Positions 28,945 to 37,706 of a stretch of DNA of 49,173 nt are shown piece after piece. Each line of letters starts with the position of its first letter. The first letter of the stretch is position 1. Origin of the DNA: Bacteroidales bacterium (GTDB taxonomy: Bacteria; Bacteroidota; Bacteroidia; Bacteroidales; UBA12077); contig DAOUTQ010000001.1 of the NCBI GenBank assembly GCA_030668615.1, forward strand, positions 1 through 49,173, read 5' to 3'. The position numbers and the translations under genes are program-made. The notes under the pieces were generated by a model that made no database searches, had not been told where the DNA came from, and saw nothing but the letters and a program-made list of their open reading frames with translations.

Positions 28945-29007
28945 TTTGTTACTCACTTTGTTCGTGAGATCGCTTTGTTACTCACTTCGCTCGTGAGATC
29001 GCTGCGC
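28945..29007. repeat. Two abutting 29-bp units of a REP-like element (TTTGTTACTCACTT(T/C)G(T/C)TCGTGAGATCGC)
   Basis: Unit 1 is 28945-28973 and unit 2 is 28974-29002, differing at 2 positions. Each contains a CTCAC...GTGAG inverted repeat. Confidence 0.85.
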
Positions 29008-29152
29008 TTAGTTCGCTAAGTTCGACAAGTTTACAAGCCTGTGTCTTTGGAGTGAAAGTTCTAATGCAGTAAATTGTTGATAATTAATGATGGCAAAGGT
29101 ACTCTTTATTTCTTAAAAACCTTTTTTATCGTTTATGAGGCATAAAAATATT

Positions 29153-29178
29153 TAGCACAAGCGAAGACGCTTGCGCTA
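29153..29178. repeat. Short GC-rich hairpin repeat, copy 1 (TAGCACAAGCGAAGACGCTTGCGCTA)
   Basis: CAAGCG/CGCTTG stem around an AAGA loop. 22/25 identical to 31249-31273. Confidence 0.75.
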
Positions 29179-29360
29179 TTCGGTTGGATTATAAACTTTT
29201 TGTTAAGCATTTGGTTGTGTGTGGCAAAAGAGCAGGCTTACCAATGTATTTGTAATAATAGGCTTTTAGTCTTGAGTTAGTTGTTTTACTATTTCTGAAA
29301 ATTGTGAATCTGTTTTCAGTATTTCTGAAAAGCAAATGACGTTTGTAGCTTTATCTGAAA

Positions 29361-29966
29361 TCATTTTGCTATATTATAACCTAATAATTTCTTTATTTCT
29401 GATTCATTTAAATTAGATTCTCGAAGAATTGTTTCTTTATCTGGATATGTTTCAAACAATAATTTATCCTTAGCTAAAAATTTATATGGCGAGTTAAAAT
29501 ATTCCTTTTTATTTGGGTTATCTGATTGTCCTAAATTCAATCTTTTAGAATTAAATGTACTTTCCCAAGGCGTTTTCCCTTTAACTAATTCAAAATGATT
29601 ACTTCCTTGAACTAATTGGTTAAATAAACTTTTAACTACTTTCGTTTTTGACAAAACTTTTTTATTGTCAATATCATAAAGTCCACGAATTAGGATTCCC
29701 CCAAAATCATTATTCTTCGTATTTCCAAGAGAAATGTCTATTCCGTAACGATGTAACTCAAAGTCGCCAAATGGTCTTGTATGTTTTATTCCTTTCGCGT
29801 AATCGTCTTTATGAAAGTTATGCCAATAATAAATTTCAATATCAATTAATGAGAATTTGGATTTATTTACAATTATTAGCCTATTTAAAATTAGTTCTTT
29901 TGCAATTAATTCTAATGATTCTATAATCTTCTCTTTTGATGTTTTATTAATTTGCAAATTCTTCAT
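29361..29966 (-). CDS. Hypothetical protein (weak, unverified resemblance to the alkylpurine DNA glycosylase Mpg/AAG fold)
   Basis: 201 aa with no signal peptide. The pattern IAKELILNRLII...IDIEIYYWH...DDYAKGIKHTRPFGDF...YGIDISLG...GGILIRGL loosely parallels the LLGk.L...EtEAY...D.AsHa..G.T.R...YG...N...vLIRA layout. Confidence 0.35.
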   Translation of the reverse strand: MKNLQINKTSKEKIIESLELIAKELILNRLIIVNKSKFSLIDIEIYYWHNFHKDDYAKGIKHTRPFGDFELHRYGIDISLGNTKNNDFGGILIRGLYDIDNKKVLSKTKVVKSLFNQLVQGSNHFELVKGKTPWESTFNSKRLNLGQSDNPNKKEYFNSPYKFLAKDKLLFETYPDKETILRESNLNESEIKKLLGYNIAK

Positions 29967-30049
29967 TTGATTTATAGTTAAGTAATTACTTTATGAAATT
30001 AGCTAAAATAATTGACAAACAATACTCAGTGGGAAATTTAAGCTTGTTT

Positions 30050-30098
30050 GCGAAGCGTTCTCATGAGCGAAGCGGTCTCACGAACGTAGTAAGTAAAC
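30050..30098. repeat. REP-like element, inverted copy of 28945-29007
   Basis: GCGAAGCGTTCTCATGAGCGAAG/CGGTCTCACGAACGTAGTAAGTAAAC aligns with the reverse complement of 28945-29007, apart from a ~12-nt gap. Confidence 0.75.
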
Positions 30099-30133
30099 CC
30101 TGCATGTAGTTTGAACTGCTGTTAGAAAACATT

Positions 30134-31030
30134 TTAAAATTCTATAGAATCGTAAACAACACAATTAACATTAGTATTAAAAAACTTTGCCGGTCTAACT
30201 TTAGGATAATGTTTAACAATACTTAATATATCATCTTCTAAATCACTATAGCTATCATCAAGGATAATCTCAGGAAAAATTCCAACGTACTTTGAATCTA
30301 TCATTTCCCCTTCATCATTAATGTATATCTTAAAATACAAGGATAGTTTTTCCTTATTATTATCAATTTTTATTTGAGAATACTTTGAATTTAACAGACT
30401 TTTTGCTCTATCCTGTGTATTTCTATATTGATTATTATTAAACATAAAGACTGATTTTGTTGGTCTATAATAAAATTTTACCCCATTCTCCATTTTGTAA
30501 AGTGATATTATATCCGTAGTCCTGGCATTTGCACCGATTACATTATTTGAGCATCCAACATCAAAAGATATTACATGATTTTTTGCATTTTTATAGTGAA
30601 AGGTTCCTATTATAACACTATCAAACTTTAATTCCTTAATAATTTCATAGTATCTGCACTTATCCTGTTGACATTTGTTTCTCTTTCTATCGTAAAAAAT
30701 AGTATCTGCACTTATACAGCAGATAGAATTAAACAATTTACTTGCTTCCTGATCAAAATATCTATTTGCGGCAATTTCAATATCTTCACAAAACCCAATT
30801 GTATCAGACAAATAGAGCCTTGATATAGCCCTATTGTAATATACATTTTCATTCCTAAAACTGCATAAAGACAGTGTAAGTAAAGAATCTGCGCCTTTAT
30901 AATCACCTAATTCTATTAAGCTCGAACCTGACTCATAAAGTTCTTTACCATACGTATCAATCTGAATTAACTGACAGTACCCCTTAAAACTTAAAAGCAA
31001 TGTCAATAATATAAAAATAATTTTTCTCAT
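30134..31030 (-). CDS. Hypothetical secreted protein
   Basis: Signal peptide MRKIIFILLTLLLSFKGYCQ. Cys-rich N-terminal half with a TPR-like helix pair. No recognisable catalytic motif. Confidence 0.5.
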   Translation of the reverse strand: MRKIIFILLTLLLSFKGYCQLIQIDTYGKELYESGSSLIELGDYKGADSLLTLSLCSFRNENVYYNRAISRLYLSDTIGFCEDIEIAANRYFDQEASKLFNSICCISADTIFYDRKRNKCQQDKCRYYEIIKELKFDSVIIGTFHYKNAKNHVISFDVGCSNNVIGANARTTDIISLYKMENGVKFYYRPTKSVFMFNNNQYRNTQDRAKSLLNSKYSQIKIDNNKEKLSLYFKIYINDEGEMIDSKYVGIFPEIILDDSYSDLEDDILSIVKHYPKVRPAKFFNTNVNCVVYDSIEF

Positions 31031-31070
31031 ATAAGTTAAATTTTAAAATGTTACCTAATGGTCCTACGTT

Positions 31071-31117
31071 AAGTTACTTACTGGTTTATTCGCTATGCTC
31101 ATGAGAATAGTTCCGCC
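31071..31117. repeat. Degenerate REP-like copy (forward orientation)
   Basis: AAGTTACTTACTGG...TCGCTATGCTCATGAGAATAG shares GTTACT(C/T)AC and GCTC(A/G)TGAGA blocks with 28945-29007. Confidence 0.45.
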
Positions 31118-31248
31118 TTATTTCAATGTTCACTGTTGAACAACTTTAATAAAATAAAAGTTAAACAGCAAAACACAAAAATACTAATGAAATTTGAATG
31201 CGTATTAAGATCTGGGATAAATGTATCAAAACTTATTAATTAGTTTTA

Positions 31249-31273
31249 TAGCACAAGCATAGACGCTTGCTCT
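31249..31273. repeat. Short GC-rich hairpin repeat, copy 2 (TAGCACAAGCATAGACGCTTGCTCT)
   Basis: Direct-orientation copy of 29153-29178. Confidence 0.75.
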
Positions 31274-31294
31274 TTGTAGGGTAAAAAGCGGATT

Positions 31295-32263
31295 CTATTT
31301 TTTCTGTTTGAGTAAACGAAAGAGGTCAAATAGTTTTTGTGCAAATTTTCTTTCTTTTCTCTTCATAAACTCTAATAAAACATTTGAAAATTCGGGTGTT
31401 CGTAAATAACCAAAAGATTTGTGTGGATTTTTCTCATTTTCAATCTCGTAGTCGTTATTAACAATGAAATTTTCTGCTTTAATTCCAGATTTATTTTCAT
31501 CAAAATCATCCTGAAGGCTGTAGTTAATTGCAACCACATCTTCAATATCCGAAAAATTAAACCATTTTTGAACACCTCGCGGTGTTTTTAGTTTATTATC
31601 ATCGTTTAAAACCACTTTTTGCTCCAGAGCAATTTTACTTCTAACGAAGGGTATTCCCAAAGGAGACCCCATTGTAGCAAATGTTTTTATTTTAATTTTA
31701 GGTAAATTGAAAGTAAGAATATCAAAAGCAATAATAGATCCCATGCTATGCCCAATAAGAAAGATATCGTCATTCTTGTATTTTTTTAAAACTTCAATCA
31801 CTCTATTTCTAATCTCGTCGCGCGCTAAAATAATTATACCATCAGATTTTACTGTATTATTTAAATAATATGCTTCCAGATCCTTAAAATAACTATGAAT
31901 AATAGTATCAGGGATAAAGGAGTAATTTATAGTCATATCTTTGTTCAGGAAGATTTTATCCGCAGTTTCATCGTACCAATCCAGTATTTTCTTTCTTAAA
32001 TTATGATTGATAATCTTTTTAACTCCTTTTGAAGGCAAATACTTTTCATCTAAGTATAAGTGATGTTTTTTGTCCTTTATCGTTTCATCTAATGGCTTTT
32101 CATGTAATATATCAGCCCAATAAATAAGTTCGAATTTAGGAAATTCAAAATCCTGATTAATGTTTTTTAAACCTTCCAGCATTGATTCCTTCCACCAATT
32201 TTGAAGTATTTCTTTCGATGGTTTGTTCCCTAATCCATGTATGCCAATAACTACTTTTGCCAT
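31295..32263 (-). CDS. Alpha/beta hydrolase (lipase/esterase-like)
   Basis: Nucleophile elbow FLIGHSMGS. N-terminus VVIGIHGLGNKP. The ATG at 32263 avoids overlap with the upstream GDPD gene (4-nt gap), while the ORF-track start at 32335 would overlap it. Confidence 0.7.
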   Translation of the reverse strand: MAKVVIGIHGLGNKPSKEILQNWWKESMLEGLKNINQDFEFPKFELIYWADILHEKPLDETIKDKKHHLYLDEKYLPSKGVKKIINHNLRKKILDWYDETADKIFLNKDMTINYSFIPDTIIHSYFKDLEAYYLNNTVKSDGIIILARDEIRNRVIEVLKKYKNDDIFLIGHSMGSIIAFDILTFNLPKIKIKTFATMGSPLGIPFVRSKIALEQKVVLNDDNKLKTPRGVQKWFNFSDIEDVVAINYSLQDDFDENKSGIKAENFIVNNDYEIENEKNPHKSFGYLRTPEFSNVLLEFMKRKERKFAQKLFDLFRLLKQKK

Positions 32264-32267
32264 TAAT

Positions 32268-33029
32268 TTAGTACTTCTTAAGTTGTATCTTATTTTTAAT
32301 CCAGTTAGCACGGTCTGTTGTAATTCCGTCAACACCTGCTTTAAACAAATATCGTGCTTTTTCAGGATTATTTACAGTCCACACATATAATTTTAATCCG
32401 GCTGATTTAATTTCCTTAACCATTTTAACATCAAGCATTTCTCCAGCTAACAAGTCTAACCCGTTCATATTATATTTAATTGCTTTTGAGATGATTTTGT
32501 TAATAGGCATTTTTAGAAATCTGCACATGCTGCAATAATTAAAAGCCGAAACCCATAAAACACTGAATTGAGGAATCTGTTTTTTTACTTCGATCAGAGT
32601 TTTCAGGTTAAAACTGATTATTTCAATTTGATTTATCTTCAAACCGGAATTTAGAATATATTCTTTTAGATATGGAATAATCTTTCTTCCGCTTTTAATT
32701 TCTATAAGAATTTTCTTCTCAATCGGAACCGTATTTAAAATTTCCTGCAAAGTAGGAATCCTATCTCCTTCGTACCTGCTGTTTTTATATTTGCCAACAT
32801 CAAGACTTTTTAGCTCTGCCAAATTTGACCTGCAAATTCGCATAAATTTTCCGGAAACTCTGCGTGTATGTGAATCATGAATTACAACAATCTGGTTATC
32901 TTTAGTAAAACGCACATCTACTTCAACTGCATCTGCTCCTTTTTCCCAAGCAAGATTAACAGAAGAAAGTGTGTTTTCAGGAGCTTCAAAAGATTCTCCA
33001 CGATGAGCAATTATAATTTGATTATGCAT
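32268..33029 (-). CDS. Glycerophosphodiester phosphodiesterase (GDPD family)
   Basis: IIAHRGESFEAPENTLSS (HRG...ENT), VEVDVRFTKD, and VWTVN blocks. Confidence 0.85.
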   Translation of the reverse strand: MHNQIIIAHRGESFEAPENTLSSVNLAWEKGADAVEVDVRFTKDNQIVVIHDSHTRRVSGKFMRICRSNLAELKSLDVGKYKNSRYEGDRIPTLQEILNTVPIEKKILIEIKSGRKIIPYLKEYILNSGLKINQIEIISFNLKTLIEVKKQIPQFSVLWVSAFNYCSMCRFLKMPINKIISKAIKYNMNGLDLLAGEMLDVKMVKEIKSAGLKLYVWTVNNPEKARYLFKAGVDGITTDRANWIKNKIQLKKY

Positions 33030-33169
33030 TATATTTTGAAAAAAGATTCATATGTGAAGTTAATGTTTAAGTTATTATGAACTTCATTAATCTTTAAAAA
33101 ATTATTGTTTAGCTTTGTTAAACGTCTTATAATTTTTAGAGTCTTAAATTAAACTTTTAAAAAAATATC

Positions 33170-35686
33170 ATGAAAAAATCAACCCTAATCCTTTTTTTGG
33201 CAGTTTTAAGCCAACTAACATGGGCGCAAAAATCTATTGAAATAAATTCGTGGAAAACTACAAGTCCACAAAAACTTAACATGCCAGTATTTTCAGAGGT
33301 TAAGAATATTGAAGGAAATACATTTGAAGTATCTGATTTACTAAAAAGTACAAACATCGAATTAAATAGTAAATCATTGCAATGGCAAAATATTGAAGTT
33401 GGTGCCGATAGTTTAATTTGGGATCAAACAGAAGAAAATAATCTTGTATTGTTAAAAAGCTATTTGTCAGTAGACCAATGGACAAAAGGATCTTTATATA
33501 TAACATTAAATGCATTTTACGAGGTTTATCTTGATAATAACCTTATTAAAACAAAAAAGAATGCAGACTTAAGTGCAAATATAATTGAGCTAAAACTTAA
33601 CCGTGGAAATCATGCTATAGCAATTAAGCTTATTACATCAAGTGAGAATGTAAAATTCCAGTCGGAATTTACTTACGATGAAGAATTTGCTGATTGTAAT
33701 GCTACAGCAAGTTTAAATCCTAAACACTTTTTCACTATCAATGATGTTTTAGAAGGAAACAATATTTCTTCTGCTCAAATATCAGCCTCAGGAAAATATG
33801 CTTTAATTTCTTATTCAGAAACCGTGAGTGAAAGTGGAAAAAGCAAAAGATATACCGAAATATACGATCTTGAAAGTCAAAAGAATGTTTTTGTATTGCG
33901 TAATAAAAATATTTCAAGCGTAAAGTGGCTACCTAATTCTGATAAGTTTTCTTATGTAATCAAGCTTGAAGATAATTATGAATTATTTGTGTACAATGTT
34001 CAAAGCGGTGAAGAAAAATCTATAGTGAACAATTTGGAAAAATTTTCCGGTTATACATGGTCTCCTACTGAAGAATTTATTATTTGGTCGGAAAGTATTA
34101 CAGCTAAAAAACCGGGTGATCTTAAACGTATTTACGGCTCCGATGATCGTTTACCATATTTTAGAAATCGTTATTTCTTACATAAGATTGATGTTAGCTC
34201 AGGAAAAACTATGAAGCTAACTTCCGGAAACTTATCATCGTATCTTGAAGATATAAAACCTGACGGATCGAAAATTCTTTTTTCTACCTCACGTATGGAT
34301 TACTCTGAAGTTCCATTTCGTAAACAAAATCTATATGAAATGGATGTTAAGACTTTTGATTTAACAACAGTATGGGAAAACAAAATTTATGGTGGAAGTT
34401 GTCAGTATTCTCCTGATGGCACAAAACTTTTAGTAGAGGGAGGTCCTGAGTGTTTTGACAAAATTGGTATTAATGTGAGCGAAGGAAGAATTCCAAATAG
34501 CTATGACGGTCAGCTTTATTTTTATAATTTATCGTCAAAAAATATTGAAGCGATAACAAAGAACTTTGATCCTTCTGTAAATTCTGCAAAATGGATTTCG
34601 GATAATACTATTTACATTGATATAACCGATAAAGATTATGGAAATCTTTACGAATACAATATTAAATTAAAGAAATTTAGTAAGATAAATTTATCGGTTG
34701 AAGTATTAAGTGACATTAGCTATGCTAAAAAGAAACCTGTTGCAATTTATACCGGAACAAGCATTTCTACTCCTAAAAAACTTTATGTAATTGATCTAAA
34801 AAAGAAAACAAACACACAAATTTCATTTCCTCAGAAAGAAAAATTTGATGATATACAGCTTGGGGAAACAAAGCCATGGAATTTTGTAAATAAAAGTGGA
34901 ACAACTATATACGGACGTATATATTATCCGCCATTTTACGATGAATCAAAAAAATATCCTGTAATTGTTAATTTTTATGGTGGAACATCACCAATTGAAA
35001 GATCATTTGGTGGACGTTATCCAGTTAATGTATGGACTGCTGAAGGTTATATTGTTTATGTGTTACAACCAAGTGGAGCTACCGGTTTTGGTCAGGATTT
35101 TTCTGCTTTACATGTAAATGGTTGGGGTTTCGATGCTATTGATGATATAATTGATGGTACTAAAAAGTTTTTAGAAGATCATTCAGCTGCAGATTCAGAA
35201 AATGTGGGTTGTATTGGAGCATCTTATGGTGGATACACAACGATGCTAATTCAGACTAGAACCGACATTTTTAAAACAGCTATTTCGCATGCTGGTATTA
35301 GTTCCATTACCAGTTACTGGGGAGAAGGTTACTGGGGTTATTCATACAATACCGGATCTGCTAAATTTAGTTATCCATGGAACAGAAAAGACATTTATGT
35401 TAATAACAGCCCTGTTTATAATGCTGATAAATTCCAAAACTCAATTCTTTTATTGCATGGAACTGATGATACAAACGTACCAGTTGGTGAAAGTTTACAG
35501 TATTACACAGCTTTAAACCTGTTAGGTAAAGATGTTGAAATGGTATTAGTTGATGGACAAAATCACTGGATCATAGATTATAAAAAACGTATTCAGTGGC
35601 ATTATACTATTATGTCGTGGTTTGATAAAAAACTAAAAGATCAGCCTCAACAATGGGATGATTTATATCCTGAAAAGAATTTGTAA
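33170..35686 (+). CDS. S9 family serine peptidase (prolyl oligopeptidase/dipeptidyl aminopeptidase type) with extra N-terminal domain and beta-propeller
   Basis: Signal peptide. Catalytic GCIGASYGGYTT (GxSxGG), LLLHGTDDTNVP (Asp) and GQNHWI (His). Confidence 0.85.
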   Translation: MKKSTLILFLAVLSQLTWAQKSIEINSWKTTSPQKLNMPVFSEVKNIEGNTFEVSDLLKSTNIELNSKSLQWQNIEVGADSLIWDQTEENNLVLLKSYLSVDQWTKGSLYITLNAFYEVYLDNNLIKTKKNADLSANIIELKLNRGNHAIAIKLITSSENVKFQSEFTYDEEFADCNATASLNPKHFFTINDVLEGNNISSAQISASGKYALISYSETVSESGKSKRYTEIYDLESQKNVFVLRNKNISSVKWLPNSDKFSYVIKLEDNYELFVYNVQSGEEKSIVNNLEKFSGYTWSPTEEFIIWSESITAKKPGDLKRIYGSDDRLPYFRNRYFLHKIDVSSGKTMKLTSGNLSSYLEDIKPDGSKILFSTSRMDYSEVPFRKQNLYEMDVKTFDLTTVWENKIYGGSCQYSPDGTKLLVEGGPECFDKIGINVSEGRIPNSYDGQLYFYNLSSKNIEAITKNFDPSVNSAKWISDNTIYIDITDKDYGNLYEYNIKLKKFSKINLSVEVLSDISYAKKKPVAIYTGTSISTPKKLYVIDLKKKTNTQISFPQKEKFDDIQLGETKPWNFVNKSGTTIYGRIYYPPFYDESKKYPVIVNFYGGTSPIERSFGGRYPVNVWTAEGYIVYVLQPSGATGFGQDFSALHVNGWGFDAIDDIIDGTKKFLEDHSAADSENVGCIGASYGGYTTMLIQTRTDIFKTAISHAGISSITSYWGEGYWGYSYNTGSAKFSYPWNRKDIYVNNSPVYNADKFQNSILLLHGTDDTNVPVGESLQYYTALNLLGKDVEMVLVDGQNHWIIDYKKRIQWHYTIMSWFDKKLKDQPQQWDDLYPEKNL

Positions 35687-35700
35687 TTAGACTATTAAAT

Positions 35701-35769
35701 TGTCATGTTGAGCAAAGCGAAACATCTCTATACTTATTAAATAGATTCTTCGCTTCGCTCAGAATGACA
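35701..35769. repeat. REP-like imperfect inverted repeat between convergent genes (probable bidirectional terminator)
   Basis: TGTCATGTTGAGCAAAGCGAAACATCT (35701-35727) pairs with AGATTCTTCGCTTCGCTCAGAATGACA (35743-35769), 22/27 complementary. Shares the GAGCGAAGCG core with 30050-30098. Confidence 0.8.
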
Positions 35770-35779
35770 ACAAGGACTT

Positions 35780-37036
35780 TTATTGTAGTTTGGTGTTTAT
35801 TTCTGTTTGACCGATTAAGCGATCATAGCCTCCTCGAAAATCGTGGTAATATACGTATATAGCGTAAGAATTCTCGGTTTGTGCATGATTGCCTTCAATG
35901 TACGTAAAATCAAACTTTCCTTTTTCCAACAATGCATACTGGTAATTATAATAACCTTGCTTAATTAACATGCGACCTTCATATGCTTTTTGCTCAAAGT
36001 TATATGTCATTTTGTTTTCATCAGTAAATTCATAATTGCATAAAGCTCCCCAAACATAAATATCACCCTGTTGCATTGGAACATCCATGTTTAGCGTGAA
36101 ATATACCCAGCAATAATCTGCTTCTGTTTCAGGATACTGACTTTGTGATGCATCGATTTTAAATAATCCATTTAAATCAGATTTATAAATATATTCGTCG
36201 AAAGAACGATCTTTGTTTGCAAGCAACTGAAAATGATATTCGTAATTAAGAAAATTAATATTTATGATATTTTCACCTGCGTGATGTATGTTTTTAATGT
36301 TAAAATGATGAAATTCGTTTCCCCCTTTTAATTTTAACGAAGTAAAATTATTATAGGTAAATTCATTTTGATTTATCATATCAGGTTTCTCAGGTTTCAA
36401 ATATTCAAACCTATTTCTGTTTTTAATTACCTCAATTTTTATATTCTGTTGAATATCATAAAAATCATTTTCGAAATAATCTACTACAATTTCAAACTCC
36501 TGGTCGTTGTAGAAATAAGAACCCTGATTCATGTTTCGGATAAAAGCTTTAATGTCTGTTTTTCTTTCAACAACCCTGAATTGTTTAGTTATGAGAATCT
36601 TTTCAGGATTTGAACTTTCAAAAACCTGTACAATATAATTACCCGAAATCATCGGACGCATATAATCGTTTGGTAATTGCAATGTATAATGCGTATAATT
36701 TATTGTTGTATTAAATGAGGATTGATAATCTTGAATCTGATCATCAAAGTAGCCATCAATATATTCGCTTTGATCAAGATCCGTCGGAATCCATTCAGAA
36801 TTACAATGAACAATGGTATATGAAAAATCTCTTGCATCAGTACTTAAATCGTCAAAACTGAGTGTCAGTTTTTTACTGCTTCCTAAATCCCAAATTGGAA
36901 GTGAAAGAGCATCATTATCAGAATACATTAATACGGTTTTTATGTTACTGTCATACACTTTATCGTAAAATGCTTCCTGACAAAAAGCTGCATTAATTAA
37001 AAATAGGAATAAAACTACAGATACTACTTTCTTCAT
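35780..37036 (-). CDS. DUF5103 / type IX secretion system plug-like protein
   Basis: Signal peptide from ATG 37036 (MKKVVSVVLFLFLINAAFCQ). The block IKTVLMY...LTLSFDDLSTDARDFSYTIVHCNSEWIPTDL...YIDGY...IQDYQSSFNTTINYTHY matches my recollection of the DUF5103 N-terminal domain. Confidence 0.5.
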   Translation of the reverse strand: MKKVVSVVLFLFLINAAFCQEAFYDKVYDSNIKTVLMYSDNDALSLPIWDLGSSKKLTLSFDDLSTDARDFSYTIVHCNSEWIPTDLDQSEYIDGYFDDQIQDYQSSFNTTINYTHYTLQLPNDYMRPMISGNYIVQVFESSNPEKILITKQFRVVERKTDIKAFIRNMNQGSYFYNDQEFEIVVDYFENDFYDIQQNIKIEVIKNRNRFEYLKPEKPDMINQNEFTYNNFTSLKLKGGNEFHHFNIKNIHHAGENIININFLNYEYHFQLLANKDRSFDEYIYKSDLNGLFKIDASQSQYPETEADYCWVYFTLNMDVPMQQGDIYVWGALCNYEFTDENKMTYNFEQKAYEGRMLIKQGYYNYQYALLEKGKFDFTYIEGNHAQTENSYAIYVYYHDFRGGYDRLIGQTEINTKLQ

Positions 37037-37060
37037 TTTAAAAATGTTTGAAGCAAAGAT

Positions 37061-37093
37061 AAAAAAATAAGCCAGCAATAATTGTGCTGGCTT
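37061..37093 (-). terminator. Rho-independent terminator closing the Mrp/complex-I-like operon
   Basis: AAGCCAGCA (37069-37077) pairs with TGCTGGCTT (37085-37093). On the minus strand the stem is followed by a T-run (plus-strand AAAAAAAT, 37061-37068). Confidence 0.7.
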
Positions 37094-37144
37094 TTCTTCT
37101 TAAAACAAACTGTTTTAATGATTTTGATTAGGTATACCTATTAT

Positions 37145-37627
37145 TTAATCTTCTTTGTTATACAAATGAATCCCGAACGGATTTCTAATATGCTCACGCA
37201 TAAGCTTAGCTTCATTCTCTGTTAATTCTAATTCATTTTTTATTATATCTCCCGATGAAATAATTCCTACCAGGTTATTTGATTCATCAACAATTGGAAT
37301 ATGACGTATTCTTTTCTCTGTCATTATATTCCTTAAATATTTTGTATCGTCATCTGTTTTTCCAATAATTAATTGGTCTTTTGGAGTCATTAAATTTTCA
37401 ATCTTTTGTTCAGTTAATGCAATTCCGGAATTATAGCATTTGTAAAGAATATCTCTTTCTGAAAGGATTCCAACAATTTCATCATTATTATTAATTACCA
37501 ACAAAGATCCTACTTTTAACTCATCTAATCGTGCAATTGCATCATATGCCGATGTATTTTCATGAACAGTATAAACTTTATGATTACCCTGTTCTTTCTT
37601 TTTATTTAGTATTTCCTTTACTAACAT
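37145..37627 (-). CDS. CBS-pair domain protein
   Basis: 160 aa with two CBS motifs (GSLLVINNNDEIVGILSERDIL; RHIPIVDESNNLVGIISSGDII). Confidence 0.8.
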   Translation of the reverse strand: MLVKEILNKKKEQGNHKVYTVHENTSAYDAIARLDELKVGSLLVINNNDEIVGILSERDILYKCYNSGIALTEQKIENLMTPKDQLIIGKTDDDTKYLRNIMTEKRIRHIPIVDESNNLVGIISSGDIIKNELELTENEAKLMREHIRNPFGIHLYNKED

Positions 37628-37706
37628 AGTCTTCTTTTATTTAAAGTTTACAAAGTAAAAATAATAATTTATTTACAACAAATCAATATATGCAGATAAT
37701 TAAATA

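Noticed and set aside
28945-29002. Two identical-length 29-bp direct repeats that could be mistaken for a mini CRISPR array
   Set aside because: The units abut directly with no spacers. There are only two copies, no cas genes, and related copies occur singly and inverted elsewhere. This is REP-like, not CRISPR.
29283-29358. Direct repeats ATTTCTGAAAA / TATCTGAAAT and a CTGAAAA...TTTTCAG hairpin just downstream of the 201-aa gene as a possible regulatory array
   Set aside because: These are short, AT-rich and plausibly chance matches at this base composition. There is no U-tract on the relevant strand and no conserved partner elsewhere in the window.
32264-32335. Longer N-terminal extensions offered by the ORF track: 32335 for the lipase, 4558, 10986, 16865, 19410, 21835, 37078 and 48149
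   Set aside because: The extensions start at TTG/GTG or overlap the upstream gene or promoter box. They also place non-signal residues ahead of obvious signal peptides or conserved N-termini. Downstream ATGs give canonical N-termini and tidy gene spacing.
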